This document shows positions 17,626-27,270 of a stretch of DNA of 64,000 nt, piece by piece. Both the position numbers and the translations under genes were made by a program. The notes beneath the pieces are model-generated. The model saw only the letters and a list, made by a program, of their open reading frames with translations. It made no database searches and was not told the DNA's origin. How positions within the stretch are numbered: position 1 is the stretch's first letter; each line of letters starts with the position of its first letter. The stretch is from a virus (Duplodnaviria > Caudoviricetes), in the IMG/VR virus record IMGVR_UViG_3300031994_000071, positions 1 to 64,000 of that record, one strand, 5' to 3'.

Positions 17626-20133
17626 AGACTGTGCTGGATTTTGCAATCGCGCAGGATGTGCTGCAACTCGTGTACGTAGTTGATATCAATCGACACGTTT
17701 GTATTGTCCTTCGCATATTCGATATGGAAGTACGGAACCTTGGACGGGTATTCGCAGGGCCACCAGGCAATAATCTCCGGCGTGGGGAACTCCATGCCAA
17801 GGCCCTCCTCTGAAAGCGGAATCGGGGCAACATTCTCGCCGTTGCTCACGTATGGACCTGGCTTGTGCGGCCCGGGGTTAAGAGGCTCGTACATGAGCCG
17901 GTCCATCGTGAGACTGACGATACGGGATACGACCATCTTGCCGTAGTACGGAGCAAGAATTAGGTCTCCAAGTTGAAATTCTTCCGGCTTCATTACATCA
18001 TGGCAATTTGCTTGATGACGGCCTCGACAGCATCCTTCTGGTCACGCATTTTCTTCTTGAGGATGCCGTTTGCGTCATTACGGTGGGCCTGCTTTTCAAA
18101 CTGCGGCAGAAGGCGCATTAAGCCCTGGATAATGGCGGGCTTGGAAAGATACTCCACGACCGGCTCTCCTTCCGCGGCCTCGGGCTTCTGGTCATAGGCG
18201 GAGCCGACAAACGTGGACGCCTCATAGGTTCCGGTCAGTTTCACGAAAATCTTGGCCGGTTTCTTCACTTTGGGTTTATCTCCTTGTTCCATAACTTATA
18301 GTTTTTTAAGATAGAATCTGCTCAGCAACTCTTCCGTCACGATGCCCTCACCCTTGAAGGAACGGAGATGCTTGAATATCTCGTTTACGTAGTCCACGTA
18401 GGGCGAGATGTCAGCGAAAAGCAGCGCAAGTCGGGCCATTTCGTTCTCCTGTTCCTGCCAGATCTGCACGTCCTTGTAATTGCGCTTAGATTCGTGCTTG
18501 TAGATGTCCTGCGTCAAGTCCTCATTGAGGATGCAGGCCCTCTTGACGGCTTCCGTCCAACGGTTGAACTTTTGCTTGGTCTCATGGAACATCGGCGTAC
18601 CCCTTCTCGCCAGGCGCCGTTCCGCCTCCCGCAGAACCAGGTCCGTAGCCTGCGACATTATGTAGGCCGTATTCGTGAGGATGCCAATGATATCCTCATC
18701 CGGCAATTTCTCCTGTTCAGTCATTCTCAATAAACTTCCAGCGCAGTATCTGCATGTCATCCGGTAGGCCAAGCCAGCCACCTTCCCATATTCCCGCTAT
18801 CTTCGGAACGTAGATCCACCAGCGTCCGTCGCAGTCGTACATCAGCACAACGTAGCGGCAAAATTCAAGGCCGGAGACCTCACAAAGGTAGTAAAAATTT
18901 CTGGTACTATCGTCCGGTTTCGGAGGATTGTATTCCTTAAAGTTGTGCCATTGATTATTCATGTCTCAGTTCTTTATAGTCTCTGTAAATAATTCCGAGG
19001 CGGGCGCAACGGAGCATCTTATCCTTCGCGCTCAGATACGGGTTATTCTGTTCCACGTCGGCCACAATGCCAAGAGCAACGGCCTCCATGTCAGCCGGGC
19101 TTAATGTTGCTTTTGCCCAGGCGTCTGCTGTTGCTTCAATCATTTTCCCCTCCTATACTCTACTGTAACGAACTCACCGATTCTCAGGTTGTGGCCCGGA
19201 AGGTGTAGCGTGTGGATTATCGAGCCTTCCGGGAAGTTGAAAGACAACTCCACGATGTCATCGTGACACACGTCATACACCATTCCGAGCGCCTTGAAGA
19301 TGGTCTTATCGTCTTCCGGCGCGGCCTTCATCTTCTTACGCCCAAAGAAAAATTCCCTGATACTCATGGCTTCTTGATTCTAAAGATGATATCACATTCT
19401 ACCGGCTCATCCGTCCATTTGACGGCATCGCCAAACATGTCCCGGTGCGGCAATTCCAGTTTGTTGTACGGATTGAAACACCTGCCATGAGGGAACGGGT
19501 TCTCACGGGACCACCAAACGTCGCGGTTACGGGCCGGTTCCTCCCTGAAAAAGTTCTCCTTCTTGTTCCTATCCTTGGCCAGGAAGCCGTGAATCGAGAC
19601 TTCTACGTATTCTTCTTTCTTCTCCTTGTGTGAATGAAAGATGCGGGCAACTGTCTCCTCAGCCCATTCCTTAATCTCCTGTTTCGTCATAAAACGCTTT
19701 TCTTGCGTACCAGGCAGCACGCTCCCGGTACATGTTCGACTTCTTGTTGTAATTGTGCCACGCACGGGCATCGTCTCCGGGGCAGATGCTCCGGTTAACT
19801 CCGTAGCGGATCAGAAGGGCCTCTGCGGCGTAAACTCCAGACAACTCACCCATCTGAAAACAACGGTCCCGGTAATAGCCGGGTTCCTCAATTTTCGCCC
19901 TAAGGCGCGTAACGGTCTTCGGTTTCATCGTCGATAATTTCTACGGTTATTCTTACTCTCTTAAACCGATACTTGTCGAGTTTTGTCGGATCGCCAGGCA
20001 TGGGCATCTTATTAAACGGGAGTGTGATATCACGACCGCTCCGCAAGTGAACTTCCGGACCGATTTGTCTGTCCATGTACTGAAACCCTACAATTTGGGC
20101 TTCACTCTCTGAAATTATTAGTCCTTGACTCAT
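17622..20133 (-). other. array of 9 small coupled hypothetical ORFs (17622-17993, 17993-18292, 18296-18724, 18717-18962, 18955-19143, 19140-19367, 19364-19690, 19671-19928, 19900-20133)
   Basis: Head-to-tail ORFs with overlapping start/stop codons; 17622-17993 resembles 29232-29624 (PIP/VHELQ motifs). Confidence 0.75.
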
Positions 20134-20138
20134 TTTCT

Positions 20139-21206
20139 CTATACCAATGGCGAGTCTATCACGTTGACCCGGCCAAATGTTTTACTGAATTCCGATAACC
20201 TATCCATCTCGTCGCAGTGCGTCACTTCCACCTCAAACGGAATACCCCTCGCGTCCTTGACGATTCTGTCACGCAGCGAATTGATGTCCAGGATGCCGTA
20301 TCGGAAGGCACCCTGGCTGTTGTTGTAGTGGTTCGTCCTGTCCTCCTGGACGGTAGAGGCGATGCTGATCCTGGAGACTTCACCGGCCAGGTGTCCATCT
20401 CCGTGCCTGGTGAGGTACGGTCGTGTCACGTAGTGGGCGGTGATGTCCTGGATGCCCATCTTTTTCGCCATTTCCAGGGCGTATGTTATGCCGGTATCCG
20501 ATGGCGTCGTATCTGGCGTATCCTTGCCCGTATCGCACAGCAGCAAGCCTTGACCGTTCTCGAAGATTACGTTTTCATAGGACAGTGAACTGATGTCGCA
20601 CGGAAATGTGTGCTCGTACATGAACTCGCAGTCGCTTATGAAGTGGAATGCTATGTTGAGATCGTCCCAGGTCTTCTTCCAGTGCGAAGGAATCTCCATG
20701 GACTTCTCGTAATAGTTCTTCACGCGGCCAAGGTACGACAGCCTCTCATGGTCCTCCCGGTACATGAATTCGTCGAAGGTGATGCCAATGGACTTATACC
20801 GCTTGATGGTATTCCAGATGCCCATGCCGCAGGAGCATTGGCGCTTGCGCTGCTCCTCTGAAATGAGGTTGGCCATGACGTCGTAAGGCGTGCTCCACAG
20901 GCAGTCCCGGTCACGATAAATGTAAGCGGGCTTCACGATAAGCGCCTCATACTCCTGCACGAATTGCATGGGATTGAGAATGAAAAAGCGGGAATAGTAA
21001 CTGTCTGCACCATGGTACGTGCCGGATCCGAAATGCTGGAACGTAATGCTTCCATCCTTGGTAAGGATAGAGTGCCCACGTTGGGAGCCTCCGTTGGTCA
21101 GGACGTTAAGGACGCCACCTCCTTTTGCTTTTTTTACATAGGACGCGACTACCGTCCCCTTTCCTTCATCGCCATAGTTGGCGCCAATTACTATTCTCGC
21201 TTTCAT
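20139..21206 (-). CDS. divergent adenylosuccinate-synthetase (PurA)-family protein
   Basis: IGANYGDEGKG, GGSQRGHS, FENGQG, TRPYLTRHGDG and THCD motifs; 355 aa. Confidence 0.88.
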   Translation of the reverse strand: MKARIVIGANYGDEGKGTVVASYVKKAKGGGVLNVLTNGGSQRGHSILTKDGSITFQHFGSGTYHGADSYYSRFFILNPMQFVQEYEALIVKPAYIYRDRDCLWSTPYDVMANLISEEQRKRQCSCGMGIWNTIKRYKSIGITFDEFMYREDHERLSYLGRVKNYYEKSMEIPSHWKKTWDDLNIAFHFISDCEFMYEHTFPCDISSLSYENVIFENGQGLLLCDTGKDTPDTTPSDTGITYALEMAKKMGIQDITAHYVTRPYLTRHGDGHLAGEVSRISIASTVQEDRTNHYNNSQGAFRYGILDINSLRDRIVKDARGIPFEVEVTHCDEMDRLSEFSKTFGRVNVIDSPLV

Positions 21207-21209
21207 ACT

Positions 21210-22070
21210 CTACCATTTAATACCTTCGTTGTCTGCGGTCTTCCGGGAAACGCCTGACTGACGGACGGACTCCGTGATGCAATCCTCGATAACCTGCGCG
21301 AGGGAGTCGATGGTTGCTACCTTGTAACGATCACCGAGGGCCTGCCCGAAACTGTTGTCCACGGCATACTTGTAACGCTGATAGCAGTCACGGGGGCTGT
21401 CAACGGCGATATGGAAGATGTCGAACTTCTTGGAAGCCTCGGCATACAGGGCCGGTGTCTCAACATCGCTCTCCTCCGTACCGTTGATGGCACTGTTAAG
21501 GGCGTGCTGGGGAAGATACGGGTTCAGCGGCTCGTCTCCCATGGTGATGATGATGCCCTTGCGGCCCTGCTTGTCGAAGCAGTCGAGTTTCGTGCGCGTG
21601 AGGCCCATGTACCATGCTGCGGTGTAACTCTCATAGCCGTTTCCGCCGCCACCGTGCTCCATGAAGATTTTGTCCAGGGATTCGGCGATACGGATGTCGC
21701 TTTCAAACTGACTCATCTGGATGGGTGCTTCATCGTAGGCCAGATCACCGATGCCCATCATGCAGAACTCGATATCATCGAACTTCTTGTAGAGGTTCAT
21801 GATAATCGTGCCCAGGGCCGCTGCGGTCTCCTTGCAAGCCTCGCCCATCGAGCCGGTCACGTCCAGACCGAGGATGACGGGGATTGTGTTCGGATGCTCC
21901 TCACTGTTGACACACTCGCGCACGGTGAAATTGCGCGGGTTGAGCGACGGATCAATATGCCTCGCCACAAACTCCTGGCCGGTCGTGCGACCGGTCTTGG
22001 AATCGTAGGTCCTGCCCATTGTGTGAGCATAGTTCTGCATGGAACTATGCGATACGGTTCCGCTTCCCAT
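21210..22070 (-). CDS. von Willebrand factor A (vWA) domain protein
   Basis: VILGLDVTGSMG (MIDAS), GGGNGYESY, IITMGDE. Confidence 0.85.
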   Translation of the reverse strand: MGSGTVSHSSMQNYAHTMGRTYDSKTGRTTGQEFVARHIDPSLNPRNFTVRECVNSEEHPNTIPVILGLDVTGSMGEACKETAAALGTIIMNLYKKFDDIEFCMMGIGDLAYDEAPIQMSQFESDIRIAESLDKIFMEHGGGGNGYESYTAAWYMGLTRTKLDCFDKQGRKGIIITMGDEPLNPYLPQHALNSAINGTEESDVETPALYAEASKKFDIFHIAVDSPRDCYQRYKYAVDNSFGQALGDRYKVATIDSLAQVIEDCITESVRQSGVSRKTADNEGIKW

Positions 22071-22071
22071 A

Positions 22072-22173
22072 CTACTTCTCCTCCTTCTCTTCTTTGGGTT
22101 CTTCCTTGGTCTCTTCCTGAGCAGGCTTTTCCTTTGCGTACTGCTCGAAATCTGTGCTGTTAATCTGTCCCAT
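22072..22173 (-). CDS. 33-aa acidic peptide MGQINSTDFEQYAKEKPAQEETKEEPKEEKEEK
   Basis: Translated by hand; fills the gap between 22176 and 22070 with 1-2 nt spacers. Confidence 0.55.
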   Translation of the reverse strand: MGQINSTDFEQYAKEKPAQEETKEEPKEEKEEK

Positions 22174-22175
22174 AA

Positions 22176-22778
22176 TTATTCTTCTTCTTTGGTTTCAGTT
22201 TCTTCTTCCTCGGCAGCATCAAGGGAAAAATCAAACATGCCCTCGAAGGGGTTTTCCTTGCCGCCGCCCATAAACATAGACATGGCCATCATCTGACCTA
22301 TTCCGCTGTTCTTTCCGTTGTCTCCTTCCATCATCTGAGAGAACATCATCATCTTGATGACGTTGCCCATGCCCTTGCCGCCCTGGAAGGCGTTACCGAA
22401 CATGGAGACAATCTTTCCGTAGAAGTAGGTGCTGCCCATGAACACGTGGCGCTCCGGCACCACCTGGCGCACCTCACTGTTCTCGTAGTCGATGACCGTG
22501 ATGATCTTCTTGTCAACGGCGGTGACGCACTTGGGCTTGTCACCGACGATGATGATGTCACCAACGGCTACCTTGTTGGTAGGGATGACGAAAAACATCT
22601 CGTCACCGATGTTGAAGCAGAAGTTGGTGACGTTCGTGAGCGTCCCCTTCTTCACGTTGTAGGACTTGTACCCGTTGCTGCACTTGACGGCCACATTGCC
22701 GTTCATGGTAAGCCGACACATGCCGGGAGCAATCTTACCGAACATGCCATTGAAGGCATTCTGAATGTTTTCAAACAT
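22176..22778 (-). CDS. hypothetical protein with Met/Gly-rich C-terminus, upstream of vWA gene
   Basis: 200 aa ORF; MMMFSQMM...MMAMSMFMGG. Confidence 0.8.
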   Translation of the reverse strand: MFENIQNAFNGMFGKIAPGMCRLTMNGNVAVKCSNGYKSYNVKKGTLTNVTNFCFNIGDEMFFVIPTNKVAVGDIIIVGDKPKCVTAVDKKIITVIDYENSEVRQVVPERHVFMGSTYFYGKIVSMFGNAFQGGKGMGNVIKMMMFSQMMEGDNGKNSGIGQMMAMSMFMGGGKENPFEGMFDFSLDAAEEEETETKEEE

Positions 22779-22995
22779 GACTCTTTTTAATTTTGGTTTT
22801 TGGTCTCTTAATCTTAATCAGTACGTCCGGCGGGACGATCTTGTCCTCTCCCAGGACGCGGATGATAACCAGCGGAGCGTTCGTAAATACGTCCCTCGTG
22901 AGGCTATCAATGAAAGCGAAGTGGTGTTTTACCCCCCCCTATTGGCCGGGATTTTCACCTTCAATCCTACGGTACATTCTTCAATTTTCATGCCA

Positions 22996-23226
22996 TTATC
23001 TCCTAAATTTGCGAGCAAGCCGCTGCTGCTCCTTCATGTACTCAACATTTTCGTGCTCAGGCGAGTATTTCTCCTCCATTGCACGCTTGTATTTCTCGAT
23101 GTCCTCGGTAATCAGGTCCTGACTGATCGGGTGGTTCCCGACATCCTCAAGTTCGCGCTTGATTTTCAGGTAATCCTCGTCTCCGAACATCTCGGCAAAT
23201 TTTCTAAGCGTAACATCACTGTCCAT
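22996..23226 (-). CDS. hypothetical protein
   Basis: ORF in early arm. Confidence 0.65.
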   Translation of the reverse strand: MDSDVTLRKFAEMFGDEDYLKIKRELEDVGNHPISQDLITEDIEKYKRAMEEKYSPEHENVEYMKEQQRLARKFRR

Positions 23227-23382
23227 CGAACAGCCCTCCTCCCTCTTTCTGGCTCTTTATCTCGGCGTCCACGATTTTCTCCAGGCGCTTCGATTCGTCC
23301 AGGTCAAACTGCTTGTGGAACGTAAAGAAATTGCGCTGATGCGTGCGCATCTTCTCAACCAGGTTAACGAATTCCTTGTAAC

Positions 23383-23646
23383 TCATTGGTCTCTCAGTGA
23401 ATCGGGAAAAACATAGTCACGGAGTTGGTCGAAGGTGTCGCAAAGTTGGTCCTCATGGAACCCCTCATAATTATCAACCCCATCCAGATAATACGTAACG
23501 TGTCCAAAGTTGTTATTTGCCCCGTGCTCGTCTATCTCTGCGCCCTGGACACGAATCTTCTTGATTACCATTCTCGATGGATAACCATTATTCATTATCC
23601 AAACCTTGTCACCAACGTTGTATTTGATTTTGATAGTGAACTCCAT
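23383..23646 (-). CDS. hypothetical protein (SH3-like KYNVGDKVW start)
   Basis: ORF in early arm. Confidence 0.7.
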   Translation of the reverse strand: MEFTIKIKYNVGDKVWIMNNGYPSRMVIKKIRVQGAEIDEHGANNNFGHVTYYLDGVDNYEGFHEDQLCDTFDQLRDYVFPDSLRDQ

Positions 23647-23737
23647 ATCAGATAAATAAAGGGGCCGGTTGTGAGGAACTTACCCGGGAAGTATCATAGG
23701 CAATCACTATTTACCGTTCCACCGGCCCCAGGTTCAA

Positions 23738-24391
23738 CTACTCTCCTTCCGGCTCCTCTTCCATACCGGGAAGGGTGGCCTCGGTCTGGATGGGCATGAT
23801 GATGGCGGAAGGTCCGGCCTTCTGGTCCTCCTCCATCACAGACTTGATGAAAATCTTCCCGTCCGCCTGGGTAAAGTCCATCTGGACGCTATCCATGTTG
23901 AGCGCCTGGGAAATCTTGTGGAGCAGCGCGGTGTTGATGCCCACCTTGTTGAGCGGCTTCCATCCGTCCTCGGTAGCCAGGAACCCTTCAATCTTCTGCA
24001 CGAATTCCTTGTCGGACCGCTCCAGACGGAAGCGCACCTGTTCGCCCTGGTACACGGCCTTGATGTACACGACCGGCTCGGCCTCCTCCAGGAGGTTGTC
24101 GTAGGCGTCCTCAGTGGTGAGCGTCTTTTCGATGGTCACGACGTCGAAGCCGTAGATGAGTTTGAGGATCTTCGCGTGGACGCAGAAGCCGTTGAGTGAA
24201 GCAATCTGTTCGTCATCGAACGGAGTGCAGTAAGTAAGGGGCACCCTGATAATGATGTGCCTGTCGGTTGCGTAGGCATTACCGTGCTCGAAATACACGC
24301 GCTCAGTGTTGCCGTCCGTCGAGGATTCAGCCTTCTCGCAAGCGGCGAAAAGTTTGTAATCCTTTTTGAAGTTAATCCTTTCTTTTGCCAT
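23738..24391 (-). CDS. sliding-clamp (DnaN)-like fold protein
   Basis: YATDRHIII, VGINTALL and AIIMPI motifs resemble beta-clamp domains. Confidence 0.5.
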   Translation of the reverse strand: MAKERINFKKDYKLFAACEKAESSTDGNTERVYFEHGNAYATDRHIIIRVPLTYCTPFDDEQIASLNGFCVHAKILKLIYGFDVVTIEKTLTTEDAYDNLLEEAEPVVYIKAVYQGEQVRFRLERSDKEFVQKIEGFLATEDGWKPLNKVGINTALLHKISQALNMDSVQMDFTQADGKIFIKSVMEEDQKAGPSAIIMPIQTEATLPGMEEEPEGE

Positions 24392-25067
24392 AGATATTGG
24401 GATTTAATTGTTTGATAATATCCACCTCTTCTTTGTGCCGTTTTAAGGCCGCATGAACGCGGCTGTCCTTGTGGATGGTGTATTCCACCAAAACCTTCGG
24501 GATATTGAAAATCTGGCCGTTTTCCGCGCCTTCCAGGAGGCGAATCCAGAATTCCCAGTCCTCGTACAACGTCCCTTCCCTGTAACCGCCCACCCGGAAC
24601 CAGTCGGAACGACGGAAACAGCATGTGTTCGTGAGGGAGTTCCGTTTCAGCAGGGATTCGTACCCGTGCCAGGTGTGCGCCACGATCTTGTCAATTCCCT
24701 CACCCTTCCTGTGATCCTGCGGGACGGCCAGCCTCAGGCCGGGGATGTGAGAGAACGCCATGGCAAACTCATACAGGGCATCCGGGTAAAGCCAGTCATC
24801 CGCATCGAGCGGAACAATCAGCCCGTCACCGGCCCTGTCAATCGCAAGATTCCTGGCAGCAGCCACACCATGATTATCGGTCCTGATGCCGGTGCATCGA
24901 GGATCCGTACCCAGTGCGCGTTCAATAGCGGACCAGGAGCCGTCCGTGGAGCCATCGTCAACAACAATGAGCCGCCAGTTGCGGAATGTCTGCATCTGGA
25001 CGGATCGGATGGCCATAGCCACATATTCTTCTGCATTATAGCAGGGTATAATCACCGATATGAGCAT
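24372..25067 (-). CDS. family 2 glycosyltransferase (GT-A fold)
   Basis: ISVIIPCYNAEEY, VVDDGSTDGS, GVAAARN, LDADD, EDWEFW. Confidence 0.95.
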   Translation of the reverse strand: MLISVIIPCYNAEEYVAMAIRSVQMQTFRNWRLIVVDDGSTDGSWSAIERALGTDPRCTGIRTDNHGVAAARNLAIDRAGDGLIVPLDADDWLYPDALYEFAMAFSHIPGLRLAVPQDHRKGEGIDKIVAHTWHGYESLLKRNSLTNTCCFRRSDWFRVGGYREGTLYEDWEFWIRLLEGAENGQIFNIPKVLVEYTIHKDSRVHAALKRHKEEVDIIKQLNPNIYGKRKD

Positions 25068-25082
25068 AGGTTGGTGCGAATT

Positions 25083-26758
25083 TTATGATGTTCCTGCAAG
25101 TTTCATGCCAGACTTGCTTATTTCGTTTTTAACATACTCACACATGTCGAAGAAATTATTGTATGCCTTGCGGGCCTTCCTGTCCCAGTACCACCTGGTA
25201 AGGAACGTAGCCTTGACTGCCCTTGTGGCATACTTCATGACGGTATTTGCAGAGGACATAACGGCCTCCTTCATTGCCAACTGAAATATGTGCTCAAACA
25301 TGCCGCTGATTTCCTCCGTGCTCTCTAAGCACTTGGCGAAAGCGTCAGCAAGTTCCTGGGCCATCTTCTCGTCCAGGGGCTTGATTTCGCTGCTCAAACT
25401 CGATTCTTGCATTATTGAAAATCTCCTTTTCTATTTCTTTCATCGCCTCTTTGTATTCAGGCGTATTCATTATTTCTTCAAGTGAGGCCTTTTCAACCCA
25501 TTCCACCTTGCACCCTTCCGGAAGCCTCATTATACGCCCTGGTGTCGCCAGGCCATTCTGCAAGGTCGCAAGATCAACCGGCCCCTTAATGATCAGCGTC
25601 GGGTGGATTGCTCTTTCAAGCGCCTTTTGGTAAGCATCGAGCGGACCCGCCAGAGCATTTGCTATGCTCACCAACTCGTCGTGGAATGTATTTAGGAAAG
25701 ACCCCTTAATCTCGTCCGGACTCTGTAAATCCTCGTACATCCAGTTCACATTCTCCGAAACGAAATTGTACAGTTTTTCCTTATCCCACATTTCCTCAAG
25801 GCGGCGCAGAAACATTTTGTTTGACTCACTCATGACGCATCCTCTCCTTAAGGTGGCCGATACGGCGCTTGTGCCATGCTATCTCAGCCTCGTAGATGCT
25901 GTTCCAGCACTCCTTGCTCGCGTCGTAGCGATAGTATTCTGCATCAGCAAGATGCTTGTTGTAGAACTTCGGCATCCCATCATACTTCTCATCCATGAAG
26001 ATGGAATACTCAGAGTTGTGCGGATGCTCGCAGACAAACTCAATGATGTCCGCATTGCCGGTGAACGTGTTAATCGTCCAGATCTTGTCACCAGGCTTCA
26101 ACTGCTTAATTTCTGTAATACGTTCCATGGTTAAAATGGTGATTTTTGCCCAAGCGAGTACGCCTGGAAGTATAACTTCTGCTGCTCGGTCAGGTTTTGG
26201 AACCACTGATCGAACAGGTGCTGATATTTCGGAGCCACGTTGTAACGCCACTCTTTTTGCAGATACTCTTTCATAGAATCCAATCCAAAATTGCGTGGAT
26301 AAGCATGAAGGGGAGCATAAGTATAAGGATTGGCAACATAATCGGCCAGAAAGCACCGGCGATGGTACACATGTCCGTCTCCTCGTCAAGGACAACGCCA
26401 TAAAGGATGCCAGTGACTATGGCTATGAATATGTAGCCAATCACAATGAGAACTATCCAATACCAGGCCATAACGATCAGTTTTGAAGTTGCGTCGCTGC
26501 AAGAATTATGCCATTGGCAAGGTCCTTCGCGGTGTCCACGTCCTCTTTGCAGATATGGCCGAGCGCGTTGATGAGGTCGTGGCGGATAGCCTCGGCCCCG
26601 GAATCCTCCATCACCCAGGATATGCCAACGCCATCCTTGTTGTGGATGAACATCATTCCCTTGTAGCCGTGCTCAGTGAGCCATGTTACCATTTCGTTCA
26701 ATTTTGCGGTGTCTTCCGCTGACGGAGAGAAGCCGTCCTGGTGTTTCATCTGTTCCAT
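25083..26758 (-). other. array of small hypothetical ORFs (25083-25412, 25345-25833, 25826-26128, 26131-26370, 26271-26471 membrane, 26477-26758)
   Basis: Co-oriented tightly packed ORFs. Confidence 0.7.
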
Positions 26759-26759
26759 A

Positions 26760-27242
26760 CTATTCGTGTTTCATAAAACAAATCCAATGCGTGTTTGCTC
26801 TCTTGCCGGAGATATGGCCGAACACCGGCTTCTCCGGAGTGAGTTTCAGAATCTCGGACACTTTAATGTCGGTCTCGTTCCACTTGAAGATGAGGAAGCC
26901 GCCAGGTACCAGGACGCGGAAGCATTCGGCAAAACCCTTTGTCAGAACTTCCTTCCATTGCCCTCTCGGAAGCCAGCCGTATTTCTCCATTTGCCAGCCT
27001 TTTGTCTCCTTCTCGGAGGTGTATTTAAGGTGCGGCGGATCAAAAACGACCATCTTGAAGGTGTTGTCTGGATGTGGCATCGAAGTGAAGTCGGCAACCA
27101 CGTCCGGCTCAACGGAGAAGGTTCGGCCTTTGTAGATGTCCTTATCCTTGAATGAGCGGATGTCCTGGAAAAGTACTCTCGGATCATTCTTATCAAAGTA
27201 GAACATCTTCCCGCCACAGCAGGCATCTAATATAGGTTTCAT
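26760..27242 (-). CDS. SAM-dependent (probably DNA amino-) methyltransferase
   Basis: ILDACCGG SAM-binding loop and VFDPPH catalytic motif. Confidence 0.88.
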   Translation of the reverse strand: MKPILDACCGGKMFYFDKNDPRVLFQDIRSFKDKDIYKGRTFSVEPDVVADFTSMPHPDNTFKMVVFDPPHLKYTSEKETKGWQMEKYGWLPRGQWKEVLTKGFAECFRVLVPGGFLIFKWNETDIKVSEILKLTPEKPVFGHISGKRANTHWICFMKHE

Positions 27243-27270
27243 AAATTATCTCTTTTAGGCTTTCGCCAGG

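Noticed and set aside
20139-21206. PurZ / Z-genome pathway
   Set aside because: The catalytic position is Asp (GDEGKG), not the PurZ Ser, and no DatZ/MazZ-like or DpoZ gene is recognisable in the window
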